Shown: positions 37,498-52,350 of the stretch, one piece after another
Layout: each line of letters starts with the position of its first letter
Position numbering within the stretch: position 1 is the first letter of the stretch
Assembly (NCBI GenBank): GCA_951406725.2
Contig: OX597817.1
Location: forward strand, 156,798,001 to 156,862,000
Source of the DNA: Octopus vulgaris
Taxonomy: Eukaryota
Reading direction: 5' to 3'
DNA: 64,000 nt
Made by a program: the position numbers and the translations under genes
The notes under the pieces: generated by a model
The model's database searches: none
What the model was told of the DNA's origin: nothing
The model's input: the letters and a program-made list of their open reading frames with translations, nothing else

Positions 37498-39729
37498 TTG
37501 TTATTGCTGGTGTTGTTGCTTAGTCCTAGGTCAGTCCTGATTAATCTGACTAATGATTAAAAGCATTCCAATCATGACAAGACTGTTTCATTTTCATATG
37601 TCTGAGCCTGCATTATCCACTGCTATTTCTAGCAGGCCAAGTGACCACATACAGGCTACCCTGTTGGCTCAGTTATTACAAAGTTTACAAGAGTGGTGGA
37701 TTGGCACAATTGTTAGAGTATCAAAATGTTTGATTCAAACTTTTAGTTATGGCCCTTTACGTTCAAACCCCATCAAGGTCAACTTTGCCTTTCATCCTTC
37801 CAAAGATTGATAAAATCAAATCCAGTCAAGTACTGAGCGAAATATAATCAATTATATTCCTCCACTCAACTATGAGGCCTTGTGTTTGTATTAGAAGTCA
37901 TCATCTTTTAACGTTCGCTTTCCATGCTGGCATGGGTTGAATGGTTTGACTGAGGACTGGCAAACCAGTTGGCTGCACCAGGCTCCAATCTTGATTTGGC
38001 AGAGTTTCTACAGCTGGATGCCCTTCCTAATGCCAACCAATCTGAGAGTGTAGTGGGTTCTTTTTATATGCCACCAGCACAGGGCGCCAGTCAGGCAGTA
38101 CTGGCATCGACCACGCTTTAATGGTGCTTTTTTACATGCCACTGGCATGGGACCAATTAGGGGCAGGCCTGACATCGACCATGTTCATATGGTGCTTTTT
38201 ACATGCTGCCAGTACGGGTGCCAGTCAGGTGGTAGTGGCATCGGCCATGACAATGATTTCACTTGATTCAATAGATCTTCTCAAGCATCGTATATTGCCC
38301 AATGGTTGAAGGGTACTCTTAAACGGACTAGTTATACAACACTGGCATAGGCCACAGCTACGGTCCTCACTTAAACTTTTCAAAGGAGGTGATGCGACAA
38401 AAACAAGGAAGCGTGGGACAAAATACCTTGTTGTATTTTGTTATCTCCCTTTACGTTATAAGCTCATATCCAACCAGAATTGATTTTGCCATTCTTTCTT
38501 CCAGAGTTGATAAAATATCAAATAAACAAAAATTCGAGGAAATTTGATTCCCTGCGCCATTCTTGAAGCCTGCAGATGTTTGGTGTGGAGTATAGCTGAT
38601 TGAATCAATCTCACTCTTTGACTGATACTGTATTTTATTGACACTGAAAGGATGAAAGAAGAAAGCAAAGGACCACTGATGAGGTCACAGGAGTGTGACG
38701 AAAGAATTCTGGACGAAATAAGATTAAGATTAATGTAAAAAATAAATAACACTGAAGCAAAGTAACACCAAATATATAGTGCGTGTGTTTTTATTGGCTA
38801 AACTGGCAAAATGACCATTCCGAAATACAACAATATAAATACAATCCCTACAACAGTTTCAATTGAAACCCTAATACCAGCAACAAATTTATCATCTTAT
38901 ATTTTCAGACCACGCTACCTAATTAGGTCACCTAGGTAAAAGATCTTATCAATTACCTCTTTAATTGCTTACTTGTTTATAGAATATATTTAATTTCATT
39001 CCACATGAATGGATGTTAGTTTCTATTCAAGTGTATCAAAGCGGAATGCATGTTATACCTGGCATGGCTGGGTGGTAAGAAGTTTGCCTCTTAACCACAT
39101 GGTTCCAGGTTCAGGCCCACAGAATGGCACATTGGACAAGTACCTCCTACTATAGCCTTGGGGCAACCAATGCCTTGTGAGTGGATTTGGTAGACAGAAA
39201 CTGAAAGAAGCCCATCGTATAAATATATATATATATATATATAAAATTAGTGTACATTTAAACACAAAAGAGGCAACCCTTAATAGGCAGCCTTACATGC
39301 TAGAAGGAGCAGTCAAACCGTCCAAAACCACATTTAAGAGCAATTTCGAAGGGAATGAAAAATAAAACTTTTACCTTGTTTTTTTTTCAGTCATACCTAG
39401 GTTTTTATCATCATCATCGTTTAATGTCCGTTTTCCGCACTAGCACGGGTTGGACGGTTCGACCGGGGTCTGGGAAGCCAGGGGCTGCTCCAGGCTCCAG
39501 TCTGATCTGGCAGAGTTTCTACGGCTGGATGCCCTTCCTAACGCCAACCACTCCGCGAGTGTAGTGGGTGCTTTTTATGTGCCACCTGCATAGTTGCCAG
39601 GGGGGGTCCGGCATCGGCCATGATCGGTTGGAGCTTTTAACGTGCTAGCGGCACGGAAGCCAGCCAAGGCGGCGCTGGCCACGTTCTGATGGTGCTTTTT
39701 ATGTGCCACCAGCACATAATAATGTTTGG

Positions 39730-40485
39730 GTACCACATGAGTTGAGTGAGAAGAACTTTTAGGATTGCATTTCTGCCTGTGATTCACTTTATAAACGGAA
39801 TGGAAACGCGCCTTTTTTAAAGCAAATTGTGACAGGTGATGAGAAATGGATTATCTACCGAAATGTTCAGAGAAAACGATCCTGGAGTAAGCGACATGAG
39901 TCATCCTTAGCCACCCCAAAAGTGGGTCTTCACCCTAAAAAAGTCTTGCTTTGTGTCTAATGGGATTAGAAAGGAATTCTGTACTATGAGCTTCTCCCAA
40001 GTAACCAGACAATTAATTCTGAGAACTACTGCACACAACTAGATGAGTTAAAAGCAGCAATTCAAGAGAAACATCCAGAATTGGCCAACAGGAAGGGTGT
40101 TGTTTTCCAACATGATAATGCAAGACCACACGTTTCTTTGGGAACCAGACAAAAATTGCTGCAGCTCGGCTGGGATGTGTTACTCCACCCTCCATATTCA
40201 CCAGATATTGCTTTTTCGGATTTCCACTTATTCAGGTCTCTGCAGAATAGTCTTAATGGTAAAAATTTAAATTCCTTGCATGATGTATAAAGATACCTAG
40301 ATGAATTCTTTGCCATGAAACCACCTCAATTCGGGGAAGAGGGTATTTTCAAGTTAAAGGAAAGATGGAGACGCATTGTGCAATAAAATGGTTCATATTT
40401 GGTTGATTAAAAATGTAATGGCAAGTATTTATTGACCGTTTTCTTTCCTTTAAAAATCAGCACAAACTTTCCAGACAACCCAATA
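39730..40485 (+). mobile_element. Mariner transposase remnant (catalytic half) with right TIR
   Basis: IVTGDEKWI, HPKKVLLCV, FQHDNARPH, HPPYSPDIAFSDFHLF (DD34D); internal stops. Confidence 0.92.
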
Positions 40486-41242
40486 ATAATGATATAATAT
40501 TATATCAATAAATTAAGATGTCAATTTTAACTCTCTAGTTTCCTTTTATTATTGTATATTGTATATATATAACCATTTATATTGGAGAAATTTTTCTAAT
40601 AAATAATATATGTTGGGTATTGAACAGTTAACCAGTGAAAATTGGATCTTTTACATTCCTATAAGAGTAGCTTATTTTCTTGTATTGGATATATGTGTGT
40701 GTGTGTGTTTCCCTGGCTGTGTTTGTTCCCCACCAGTGCCTGACAGCTGATGTTGGTGTGTTTATGTCTCTGTAACTTAGTAGTTTGGCAAAAGAGACCA
40801 ATAGAATAAGTATTAAGGCTTAAAAAAAAACATATAAGGACTGGGGGTCTATTCATTCAACTAAGAAAATTCTTCAAGGTAGTGCCCCAGCATGGCCACA
40901 GTCTAATGACTAAACCAAGTGAAAGGTATAAAAAGATTAAAGAAGTATCTATTAAAGAACACAATGTATTCTACTCCTTGGGTATTATTTTTGAATTAGT
41001 AAATCTTATTCACATGAATGAATAAAGCATTGTCATTGTTATTTTTATGTTCCCTTTTCCACACTTGTTTGGCTTAGTTGTCATTCATTCAGAAAGATTG
41101 CCTTTTCTGCTACCAACCCACACCTGTAAGATTTCCCCATGGCTAAGCAGGATTTCATGGAAGGCTGAAAATGAAAGGCACCACTTATATGATTAGGACA
41201 CTAAGCACATGCGTGCACACACACACAAACACATGTACTTAA

Positions 41243-41282
<40 letters not shown>

Positions 41283-41342
41283 TATATAAGTATATAATTA
41301 TATATTATATAAGTATATAAGACGCAAGTGTCTTATAGGTAT

Positions 41343-41560
41343 ATCTATATCTACCTATCTGTCTATCTACCTATCCATCTATCTATCTATCCACCCATCT
41401 GTCTATCTACTTATCCATCTATCTCTCCACCCATCTATCTATCTACCTACTTATCTACCTATCTATCTATCCATCCACTCACCCACCTACATATCTATCT
41501 ATCCATCCATCCATCTATCTATCTACCTATCTATCTATCTACATCTATATATATATATCT
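41343..41560. repeat. Compound (TCTA)/(TCCA)n microsatellite
   Basis: Direct reading. Confidence 0.9.
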
Positions 41561-42219
41561 ATTCATTTATTAATTAATTTGCTTATTTATTTATTGTATA
41601 CATAGCAGGCTTCTTTCAGTTTCTGTCTATTAAATACACTTATAAGAATTTGACTGAAAATACATGCCCAAGGTATCAGGTGTCATGTAGTAGGACTGAA
41701 CCCAAAGCCATGTGGTTGGAAAGTGAACGTTTAACACTGCCTTAACATATCCTTGTTCATGTTTGTTTATTTATATCCTGTAACTTAGTAGTTCAACAAA
41801 TAGATATTGATAAAATAATACCAGACTTAAACTTAAAAATATGTACTGAGGTTGGTATGACTAACTAAACATTCAAAGGTAATACTTCAGCATGGCACAG
41901 TCCAATGACTAAAACTAGTAAATAAATAGTTTAGTAAATATGTATTGTAGAAGTATTGGGTCATCCCATAAATAATGTGGTTTTTTTATACTTCTTTTAT
42001 TTTTCAAAATTAAGACAAATTTATTTTTAAATCTAAAATATACTCTCTCTAGGTGTAGGAGTGACTGTGTGGTAAGTAGCTTGCTTACAAACCACATGGT
42101 TCCGGGTTCAGTGCCACTGCGTGGCACCCTGGGCAAGTGTCTTCTGCTATAGCCTCGGGCCAACCAAAGCCTTGTGAGTGGATTTGGTAGACGGAAACTG
42201 AAAGAAGCCCATCATATTA

Positions 42220-42264
<45 letters not shown>

Positions 42265-42465
42265 TTGTGTGTCTGTAATTGTCCCCTTAACATCGCTTGA
42301 CAACCAATGCTGGTGTGTTTACGTCCCCGTAACTTAGTGGTTCGGCAAAAGAGACCGATAGAATAAGTACTAGGCTCACAAAGAATAAGTCCTGGGGTCG
42401 ATTTGCTCGATTAAAGGTGGTGCTCCAGCATAGCCACAGTCAAATGACTGAAACAAGTAAAAGAG

Positions 42466-44030
42466 AGTCTCCTTCATTTTCTACAATGCTCTTCCATCTA
42501 TCTGGTAGACTTTCAAGGTCCCTCTTCCAAAATACACTTGTCTGTCACAAAAAGTACTCCTCCAGTACTGTTCTGACCTCATCTACAGAATTCATATTTT
42601 TTCCATCCAAATGATTTTAAAGACTGCAGAATAAATGGTAATCAAATGGGGCAATGCCCAGTGAATACTGTGGGTGGGGCATCATTTCCCATTCAAACTG
42701 CTCCAGCCTTTGGAATGTCATCCTTGCTGTATGTGGCCAAGCATTATACCGATGGAAGAACACCTTTCATCTTGAAACCAAAGGTGGTTGTTTTTCTTCT
42801 AACACTGACTTAAGCTGCTCAAGTTGCTTGAGGTAGATCTCTTTTGTTATTGTTTGGTTTGAGATTAAAAGTTCAAAGTGGACTAAACCTTTCATATCCC
42901 ACCAAACAGATAACAACACCTTACGTGAGTAAAGGGCTTCTTTAGCCTGGGGTGCTGGTGTTTCTCTTTTCCCTACTCACTGTCTTTGGAGGTTGATATT
43001 TTTAGAGGGAACTCATTTCTTGTCACTAGTCACTATTTGGTCCAAAAAAGGTTCATTCATGAGACATGACAACAAAGAAGGGCACACATTCACTCTCTGC
43101 ATGCAATAAGATTCAGGAAGTTTGTGAGGAACCCATTGATCCAATATGCTGACTTTTCTAATGGCACACAGGTGTCGATGAATGGTTGAATGATCAAATC
43201 CAAGCTTCTCTGCTAGTTCCTCAACAGTTATGATGGGATTTTATTCTACCAAGGTTTGCAGGACACCCTGGTCAAGCTCTACAGGTCTTCCAGAATGTGG
43301 CTCGACTTCTACGCATTAGTTCCATCATCATCATCATCATCATCGTTTAACGTCCGTTTTCCGCACTAGCACGGGTTGGGCAGTTCGACCGGGGTGTGGG
43401 AAGCCAGGGGCTGCTCCAGGCTCCAGTCTGATCTGGCAGAGTTTCTACAGCTGGATGCCCTTCCTAACGCCAACCACTCCGCGAGTGTAGTGGGTGCTTT
43501 TTACGTGCCACCTGCACAGGTGCCAGGGGGGGGGGGGTCCGGCATCGTCCACGATTGGTTGGAGCTTTTAATGCGCCAGCGGCACGGAAGCCAGCCAAGG
43601 CCGCGCTGGCAACGTTCGGATCGTGCTTTTTATGTGCCACCGGCACAGAAGCCAGTCAGGGCGGCGCTGGCATCGGCCACGTTCGGATGGTGCCGGAATT
43701 TCTGAAACCACCATTGACAATGGCTCACGCTTATTGTCCGATCCCCATATACTGCATTAATATTTCTTGCGCTTTCCGTTGCGTTGTTGCCTTCATTGAA
43801 CTCATAAAGCAAAATATGCTGAAGATGCTCCTTTGTCACTTCTATTATAGCTTTGAAAAAACAACTGTTAAAATCAAACTGCACTCTTCAAAACTTGCAC
43901 TAAGAATAAAATCAAGGTAAAATTACTTCCTACTTTTATAGCAAGCTGATGCAGGTACTTATCCCATCCCCCTCCAACTTTTAGTTCATGCAGTTGAAAA
44001 AAATGTACTATTTATGGATGATCCATTATA
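42466..44030 (-). mobile_element. Near full-length degenerate mariner element interrupted by a family D repeat
   Basis: N-terminal HILLYEFNEGNNATESARNINAVYG...WFQKFR (43630-43884), DQIVTSDKK near 43030 and PHPQYS near 42670. Confidence 0.85.
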
Positions 44031-44596
44031 TTTCTAGAAATAGAAATGTCATAGAAAGGAAAAAAAAACCTGTCGTGCAGAAAATTATTTGCATTTTCAT
44101 GAAGCAATAAACATATATATTTCATAATTTTGCTTCAGAGTCTCATACACTCTACTAGCCTGTAACTAATCTATCTTTTGTGTATTCTGCACCTCTCTGT
44201 TGGTGAATGGTTTGAAAACGACCTATTTGTTAATGTAATCAGGTTGTGTGTATTTTGGAATAAAGGAGAAGTTAAGATTATAATAGGTTTAAATGGCTGT
44301 AAGAACTTTGATCTTTTAGTGTTCTTTTTTTGTTCTTTCCTTTGTAATGCTGAACTGCACCACAATAAATTGTGAGTGAATACTCATGTTTCTTGCATAA
44401 CTGTTAGGTAAATACAGGTAACAGCTTGATTTGTTATGGCTTGATGTATTTATCAATGAGGAAAAGGCATTAATGAGGCCTATTTGATTGAGAAGAGGGT
44501 TAAAATGAAAGTTTTAACATTTGTGTGTGTTTTGCAAGTAAAGGGAAGTAATTATTGCTTGGGATTAATACATTTTCTACCCAGTGGTACCCAGAA

Positions 44597-44930
44597 GGCG
44601 CATGACTTGGTGGTTAGAGCGTCGACCTTACAACCGTGAGGTTGTGAGTTCGAATCCTGGGCCAGGCTGCGTGTTGTGTTCTTCAGCAAGACACTTTATT
44701 TCATGTTGCTCCAGTTCACTCAGCTGTAGAAATGAGTTGCGACGTAACTGATGCCAAGCTGTATCGGCCCCTTTGCCTTTCCCTTGGATAACATCAGTGG
44801 TGTGGAGAGGGGAGGTTGGTATGCATGGGTGACTGCTGGTCTTCCATAAACAACCTTGCCTGGTCTTGTGCCTCGGAGGGTAACTTTCTAGGTGCAATCC
44901 CGTGGTCATTCGTGACTGAAGGGGGTCTCT
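44597..44930 (+). mobile_element. tRNA-derived SINE, family E
   Basis: ggtggttagagcgtcgac ... gagttcgaatcc head followed by gcaagacacttt body. Confidence 0.75.
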
Positions 44931-46513
44931 GGTACTCACTATGCCTAGTTATACATATCTTTATACAGTGGCTCTATGGTAAGTAGCTTGCTTACCAACC
45001 ACATAGTTCCAGGTTCAGTCCCACTGTGTGGCACCTTGGGCAAGTGTCTTCTACTTTAACGTTGGGCTGACAAAAGGCTTATGGGTGGATTTGGTAGAGG
45101 GAAACTAAAAGAAACCTGTTGTGTATATATATGTGTGTGTATGTGTTTGTGTGTTTGTCCCCCCCAACGTCACTTGACAACTGATACTGGTGTGTTTATG
45201 TCCCTGTAACTTAGCAGTTCAGCAAAAGAGCCCGATAGAATAAGTACTAGGCTTACAAAGAATAAGTCCTGGAGTCGATTTGCTCAACTAAAGGTGGTGT
45301 TCCAACATAGCTGCTGTCAAATGAACTGAAACAAGTAAAAGAATAAAAAATAAAAGAATATGGCACACACACACACACACACACACACACCGGCTGCATC
45401 TCGAAGAGAGAATAAGCTACAAGAGCATAGTCACCAGCAAGAGGACTACAAATTACTTAAATCCCTATTTTGGTTTTGTTTTGAACTGCTGCTGGGTTTT
45501 AAACTGTGGGAAACATCATTGGATAATTGCACAGAGAAGAAAACAAATGCACTGCTTGTATTTACATTTACATAAGAGTTAAATACATTCATTTTTCCAC
45601 ATTTTTCAACCTGTGGTGTATATCATGGTGTAAGTACCTGTCTAAGTGGGAGGATAATTATTATTGAAGGCAGAATAAGACAAAAATAGTAGGTCAAAGT
45701 AATATGAAATAGCAATTTAAAGTAATATAAGGAACAGGAGGTCAATGTTGTATAAATTATACATATATATATATAGGCGCAGGAGTGGCTGTGTGTTAAG
45801 TAGCTTGCTTACCAACCACATGGTTCTGGGTTCAGTCCCACTGTGTGGCACCTTGGGCAAGTGTCTTCTACTATAGCCTTGGGCCGGCCAAAGCCTTGTG
45901 AGTGGATTTGGTAGATGGAAGCTGAAAGAAGCCCGTCGTATATATATATAAACAACTTATAAACAAGGGCAAAAGAAAATTATATATGTGGAAATTGACG
46001 ATTTAAAAGTCTGTTATCAGCATATTGGCATAGAAATAATTTTCTTTTGCCCTTGTTTATAATCTTAACCTTTAAATGTATTTTAATATGCTGCCACTTT
46101 TTGATGAAGTTTTTTCATCCTATATTAGTAGTATATATATATATATATATATATCTATCTATCGAAGTCGATCAACATCAATGGAAATTGCAGCTGTGAT
46201 ACTAGTGCCTGTGGCATGTAAGCGAACCATCTGATCGTGGCTGTTGCCAGCCTCGCCTGGCACGTAAAAAGCACCCACTACACTCATGGAGTGGTTGGTG
46301 TTATGAAGGGCATCCAGCTGTAGAAACATTGTCAGATCAGACTGGGCCTGGTGCAGCCTTCTGGCTTCCCAGACCCCAGTTGAACCGTCCAACCCATGCT
46401 AGCATGGAAAGCGGACGCTAAATGATGATGATGATGATGATGATATAAAAATTAACAGAATGAGATAAAAAAATCCAAGGCTGTGAATAGTTTTCAGAAC
46501 ATTTATAAAGAGG

Positions 46514-46559
46514 TCTTACAGCTGTTTCAGAGATATTTTATATCTCCCTTCATCAGAGA
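46514..46559 (-). ncRNA. Minimal type I hammerhead ribozyme motif (Penelope-type)
   Basis: tct-CTGATGA-agggagatataaaatatctct-GAAAC-agct-GTA-aga with palindromic stem III ACAGCTGT. Confidence 0.65.
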
Positions 46560-46624
46560 TATTTTTTGAACTTTGATATCGTTAATATTTTTATTGGGCG
46601 ACGAAATTCATCAATTTAAGAGAT

Positions 46625-46800
46625 ACACAACACACGCACACATACACGACAAAAAAAACACACACACACACATACACAACAATAACACACACACACACGC
46701 ACACATACACAACAAAAAAACACACACACACACATACACAACAATAACACACACACACACACATGCACACACATACACAACAAAAACACACACACACACA
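46625..46800. repeat. CA-rich compound tandem repeat
   Basis: Repeating acacacacatacacaacaa units. Confidence 0.85.
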
Positions 46801-49800
46801 GGTAATCGTTCCGTAAGTCAGGGATGACATTGAAATAAACATGCGAGAAGCCTTTGAAGACAGAAAACAGAAGACAGTGATACGGATGAATAACACGGCA
46901 GAAATTAATTGAGCTCAAAACAGAGAATACGATTGGTTAAAATTCGAAGAATTAAACTACGTAAAAGTTACAAAATACATTTTTCTCAAAAAAACTAATT
47001 GAAATTAATGTTTTCTTTTGACACATTCTACCAGTATACGAAGTTTCAAATTATTTAGTTAAGTAGAAAATTCTGTCCATCTTTTAGAAAAGATCCAAAA
47101 TTTCTCCTCCTAATGATTTTGCTTTCATTTCATGATAGACAGCTATCTTGCACAAAATGCCTGCTTCCAAATCCTATTTTCTGATTAGGTAAAACTGATA
47201 AAAACTTTAAACCTCAGTAACATTTTTCTGCAATTTTTTTTTTTTTGAACAAAATAAATAACAAAATTGGATTTAACATGGAAAATTATTTCAATATACC
47301 AAATTTGAAAATTTTGACATAATTTTAAAATCTCACAATATATGACAGCAACAGAAGCAGAGACAGACAGTTATAGGATGTCACACACACACACACACGT
47401 TTACAAATGTACATACAAGTAATCACAAGTTTAAAATGATGTATAGTAGACATATGTATGTATGTATGAATGCATATATATGAATAAATAAATAAATGGA
47501 GTTGAACGAAGATGTTAACAAAATTCCTTTACTCTCGACATATGTTTCTACCGGAGTTTCTACCTTTGGATAGGTCGCTTCAACCGTGTTTCTAACGTGA
47601 ATTTGCTACCCTGGTATCGGTTCATCGAATTTTCCATGTTGACGGTAAACATAGGATAATTCATTCACCTATCAAAATATTCTTATACAGGTTCCGAGTG
47701 AATGCATATATATGTATGTGTGTGAGTGTTTCTTATTTCTTTATTGCCCACAAGGAGCTAAACATATTTCTTTATTGCCCACAAGGGACAAACAAGGACA
47801 GACAAAGGGATTAAGTCGATTACATTGACCCCAGTGCATAACTGGTACTAAATTTATCGACTCCGAAAGGATGAAAGGCAAAGTCGACCTCAGTGGAATT
47901 TGAACTCAGAACATAAAGACAGATGAAATACCGCTAAGCATTTCACCTGGTTTGCTTACGTTTCTGCCAACTCACCACCTTAGGTGTGAGTGTTTCTTTG
48001 TGATAGACAGCAGAAAAGCCACCTACCCCCTCTCTCCTTAAAGCTACATATTTCTCACGCCCACCTTTCTCTTCCTTCCTCAGCATTTTAAAAGTCACTT
48101 GTGTGTGTGTGTGTATGCATGTATCTATGTATTTATGAAAGTATGTATGCAACGTCATGTGTATATGACAGCTGTATTGATATTACTATCCCATTGCCAC
48201 TCTATATTTGTCACTTGCACAATGTTGTCACACTCACTTCTGCTACTACATTTCCCTCAGACTAATATTCTTTGCACCCTTCTTATTTTATCATATAATT
48301 CACCCAACCCCACAAGGGAGCCCATTATTGATTTTTATTGAAGTGGATGTTAGTTTAACGTGCAAAGTTTCATGAAGATTGGTTCACTGGTTTGGGCAGT
48401 AAGATGGTAACAGATTTATATATATGAGAGAAAGGGAGAGAAAACAACTATCTGAAATAATCATAAAGCAGTAATTGGTATTACAGTTCTATATTTAAGA
48501 GATGAGGAATTATACTCTCATTTGACTGTGGCCATGCTGGAGCACTGCCTTTAGTTGAGCAAATCGACCCCAGGACTTTTTCTTTGTAAGCCTAGTACTT
48601 ACTCTATCGGTCTCTTTTGCCAAACCGCTAAGTTACAGGGACATAAGCACACCATCATCGGTTGTCAAGCGATGTTGGGGGACAAACACAGACACACAAA
48701 CATATATATGATGGGGTTCTTTCAGTTTCCGTCTACCAAATCCACTCACAAGGCTTTGGTTGACCCAAGGCTATAGTAGAAGACACTTGCCCAAGGTTCC
48801 ACACAGTGGGACTGAACCCAGAACCATGTGGTTGGTAAGCAAGGAAAGGAAGATGTGTGAGCTGTATGACTCAAATGAAGTTGTACTTAGCTATAGGTTG
48901 TTGTTGTAATGTTTGTTGTAATGGTCAGTAAAAAAAGTAAGCTAGATAAGTGCAGAACCGTTGTCAGTAATGTTCTGTATAGCTTTTGGTAAGAATGCTG
49001 CCATGAGTTGGTGGTAAAAATGCCCTAATGATAAACAACTTACTTTACTGGTTGCATAATAATGTGCAGCCAATCTCGAGAAGCCAAAGAGTAAATTGTC
49101 ACTTCTGTATTATAAACGCCAAGAATTGTCTGTTGTTCAGATCAGTTCAACTTAGAAGTAGATATTTTATATATTTAATTTTTTTCCTTTTGTATAGCTA
49201 TAGTATATATGTTAACTCAGGTGCAAGTCATTTAGTGACAGACATTTCAAACATCTCTGCAACAGAAATAAAGTAACAGGTAATTACTTAGTGGAAGACT
49301 TGATTACATGTAATGCTGCTGTTGGTTAGTCATTGAGTAGGTATGTCATTGTCAATTTTCAATTGAATATGCCACATGTACAACTGATAGTTCCATTAAG
49401 AGAAATGTTTCCATGTGGACTTGAATAAAATCTCTCTTAAGAATCTTTTATACTTGTAAAGACTGGAGCACTTATGAAAGGTGCAAACCTATTGTACCTT
49501 ATTGGATATAAAAGGCAAACATCTCAAATGATTTTTAATATTGCCAACCGATCGTGGCCGTTGCCAGCCTCCCCTAGCATGGAAAATGCACTCACTACAG
49601 TCACAGAGTGGTTGGCATTAGGAAGGGCATCCAGCTGTAGAAACACTGCCAGATCAGACTGGAGCCTGGTGCAGCCTCCTGGCTTCCCAGACCCCAGTTG
49701 AACTGTCCAACCCATGCTAGCTTGGAAAACGGACGTTAAATGATGATGATGATGATGATGATTTAAGGCACTGAGCTGGCAGAAACGTTAGCACGCCGGG

Positions 49801-51015
49801 TGAAATGCTTAGCAGTATTTTGTTTGCTGCTATGTTCTGAGTTCAAATTCCACTGAGGTTGATTTTGCCTTTCATCATTTCGGGGTTGATAAATTAAGTA
49901 CCAGTTACGCACTGGGGTCGATATAATCGACTTAATCCGTCTGTCTGTCCTTGTTTGTCCTCTCTGTGTTTAGCCCCTTGCAGGTAGTAAAGAAATAGAT
50001 AATGATGATGATGATAGAAATATATTGTTAGTTTACTGGAAAGATTGCTTAGTGGCACTTTGTCCATCTTTACATTCTGGGTTCAAATTCCGCCATGGTC
50101 AACTTTGCCTTTCATCCTTTCAGGGTCAATAAAATAAGTACCAGTTGAGCACTGGAGGTTAATATAATTGATTTATCCATTCTCCAAGTTGCTGGCCTTG
50201 TGCCAAAATTTGAAACCAATATCATCATCATCATCGTTTAACGTCCGTTCTCCATGCTAGCATGGGTTGGACGGTTCGACCGGGGATCTGGGAAGCTAGA
50301 AGGCTGCACCAGGCTCCGGTCTTATCTGGCAATGTTTCTACAGCTGGATGCCCTTCATAACGCCAACCACTCCGTGAGTGTAGTGGGTGCTTTTTACGTG
50401 CCACCTGCACTGGTGCCAGGCGAGGCTGGCATCGGCCACGGTCGGATTGGTGCATTTTACGTGCAATACAAAATATCAATACAAAGATATTTTAAGGATT
50501 TCACAATGATATTTCTCACAGCAAAACCAACTTTAGAATCATGTTTCATACAAACAGGTTCTCCAACCCAGTAAAATAAGCTTCAACCACTTCAGCTACT
50601 TTCAAACTGTTCATGTTATCCAGGTTGAATTTTGCTTAAGTTCTTGGGTTATTACTTTTATCATTCTTCTTGTTATCTTGAAGTATCCACAGATTTCAAG
50701 GTGTAATAAACATATTGAGTTTATTTATATTTCTCTTCATATTTCCAGTTCAGAAACTGAATGTCCTGTTATTTGTAATTTTTTACAGGAACATGTCTAA
50801 GCAGGCTATTTGTTGGATATCTTTTCTAGGAGCCCTTCTCTAATGAAATAAACAGTGCAGGATTGGCTGTGTGGTAAGTAGCTTGCTTACCAACCACATG
50901 GTTCCGGGTTCAGTCCCACTGCGTGGCACCTTGGGCAAGTGTCTTCTACTATAGCCTTGGGTCGACCAAAGCCTTGTGAGTGGATTTGGTAGACGGAAAC
51001 TGAAATAAGCTTGTC

Positions 51016-51063
<48 letters not shown>

Positions 51064-51374
51064 TTGTGTGTCTGTGTTTGTCCCCCATAGCATCACTTGA
51101 CAACTGCCGATGCTAGTGTGTTTATGTCCCCATAATGTAGCAGTTCAGCAAAAAGAGACCGATAGAATAAGTACAAGGCTTACAAAGAATAAGTCCTGGG
51201 GTTGATTTCCTCGACTATAGGCAGTGCTCCAGCATGGCCGCAGTCAAATGACTGAAATAAGTAAAAGAGTAAAAAACAGTTATAAGAAAGACACAAATTG
51301 TAAAGTCGATTGCATTTATTGTGAGAAAAGGCTGTTTGCTTCTTACTATATATGTGTAGTTCAAGCTGAGACCT

Positions 51375-51602
51375 TTAACCCTTTCGATACCAACCCGGCT
51401 GAAACCGGCTCTGGCTCTGAGTACAAATGTCTTATTTTCAAAAGTTCTGAATTAAAATCTTCTACCAAACTTTAGTCACAATTTATGCTCCTAACACTAG
51501 CTGAATGATGACTAAGTTATTTTACTAAATTCTTTGTTATATTTAAAGTAATTGAAAGAAACACAGAGCATCTCAAAATAAATACAGTAACGAAAGGGTT
51601 AA
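51375..51602. mobile_element. piggyBac-type MITE
   Basis: TTAA-ccctttcg ... cgaaaggg-TTAA. Confidence 0.85.
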
Positions 51603-52276
51603 GTGTCTTCCACTGTCAGTATTCTTTGCAGTAGAGTCAGTTTGTCAAGATGTATGCAGTAAATACACATGACATTAAATACAGGTTGTCACTAAAATTA
51701 CATTTACAATTTGATAAATTTAGACAAAAATGAAAAATAAGAGTGACTCAGCAGAGTTTATTGGCAAACATATAGAGTTTTTATTAGAAACATCGTGACA
51801 CTTCCACAAAGGCTCCATTCATTGCATGGAACCTGTCTATACAATATAATACAATAAATTGTGCAAGTTGTACAGATAAAATATGATCACCCTGTAAGTA
51901 AATAAATATATAAATAGGTGTAGGCGTGGCTATGTGGTAAGAAGTTTGCTTCCCAGCCACATGGTTCTGGGTTCAGTCTCACTGCATGGCACCTTGCACA
52001 AATGCTTTTTACTACAGTTTCATGCCAACCAATACCTTGTGAATGGATTTGGTAGATGGAAATTGAAAGAAGCCCATTATATGTATCGTAAGTGATTTTA
52101 ATGATTTCAATAATCTATATTAAGGTTTTTTTAATTGTATTCTTATTTTATATGTATTGAATTTTAATGTATATATGTATGTTATTATGGTTCTTGTTTT
52201 ATTAAATAAATAAGTCAACATTCTAATATCCTAAAGCTGATAAACCAACTAAATTGTTTCTCCATTTCCTTATTTG

Positions 52277-52278
<2 letters not shown>

Positions 52279-52349
<71 letters not shown>
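52279..52349. repeat. (TA)n microsatellite
   Basis: Direct reading. Confidence 0.95.

Positions 52350-52350
<1 letters not shown>

Noticed and set aside
46573-46918. His/Thr- or Cys/Val-rich ORFs (also 31266-31540, 32562-33003, 53537-53891)
   Set aside because: Translations of (CA)n/(TG)n microsatellites.
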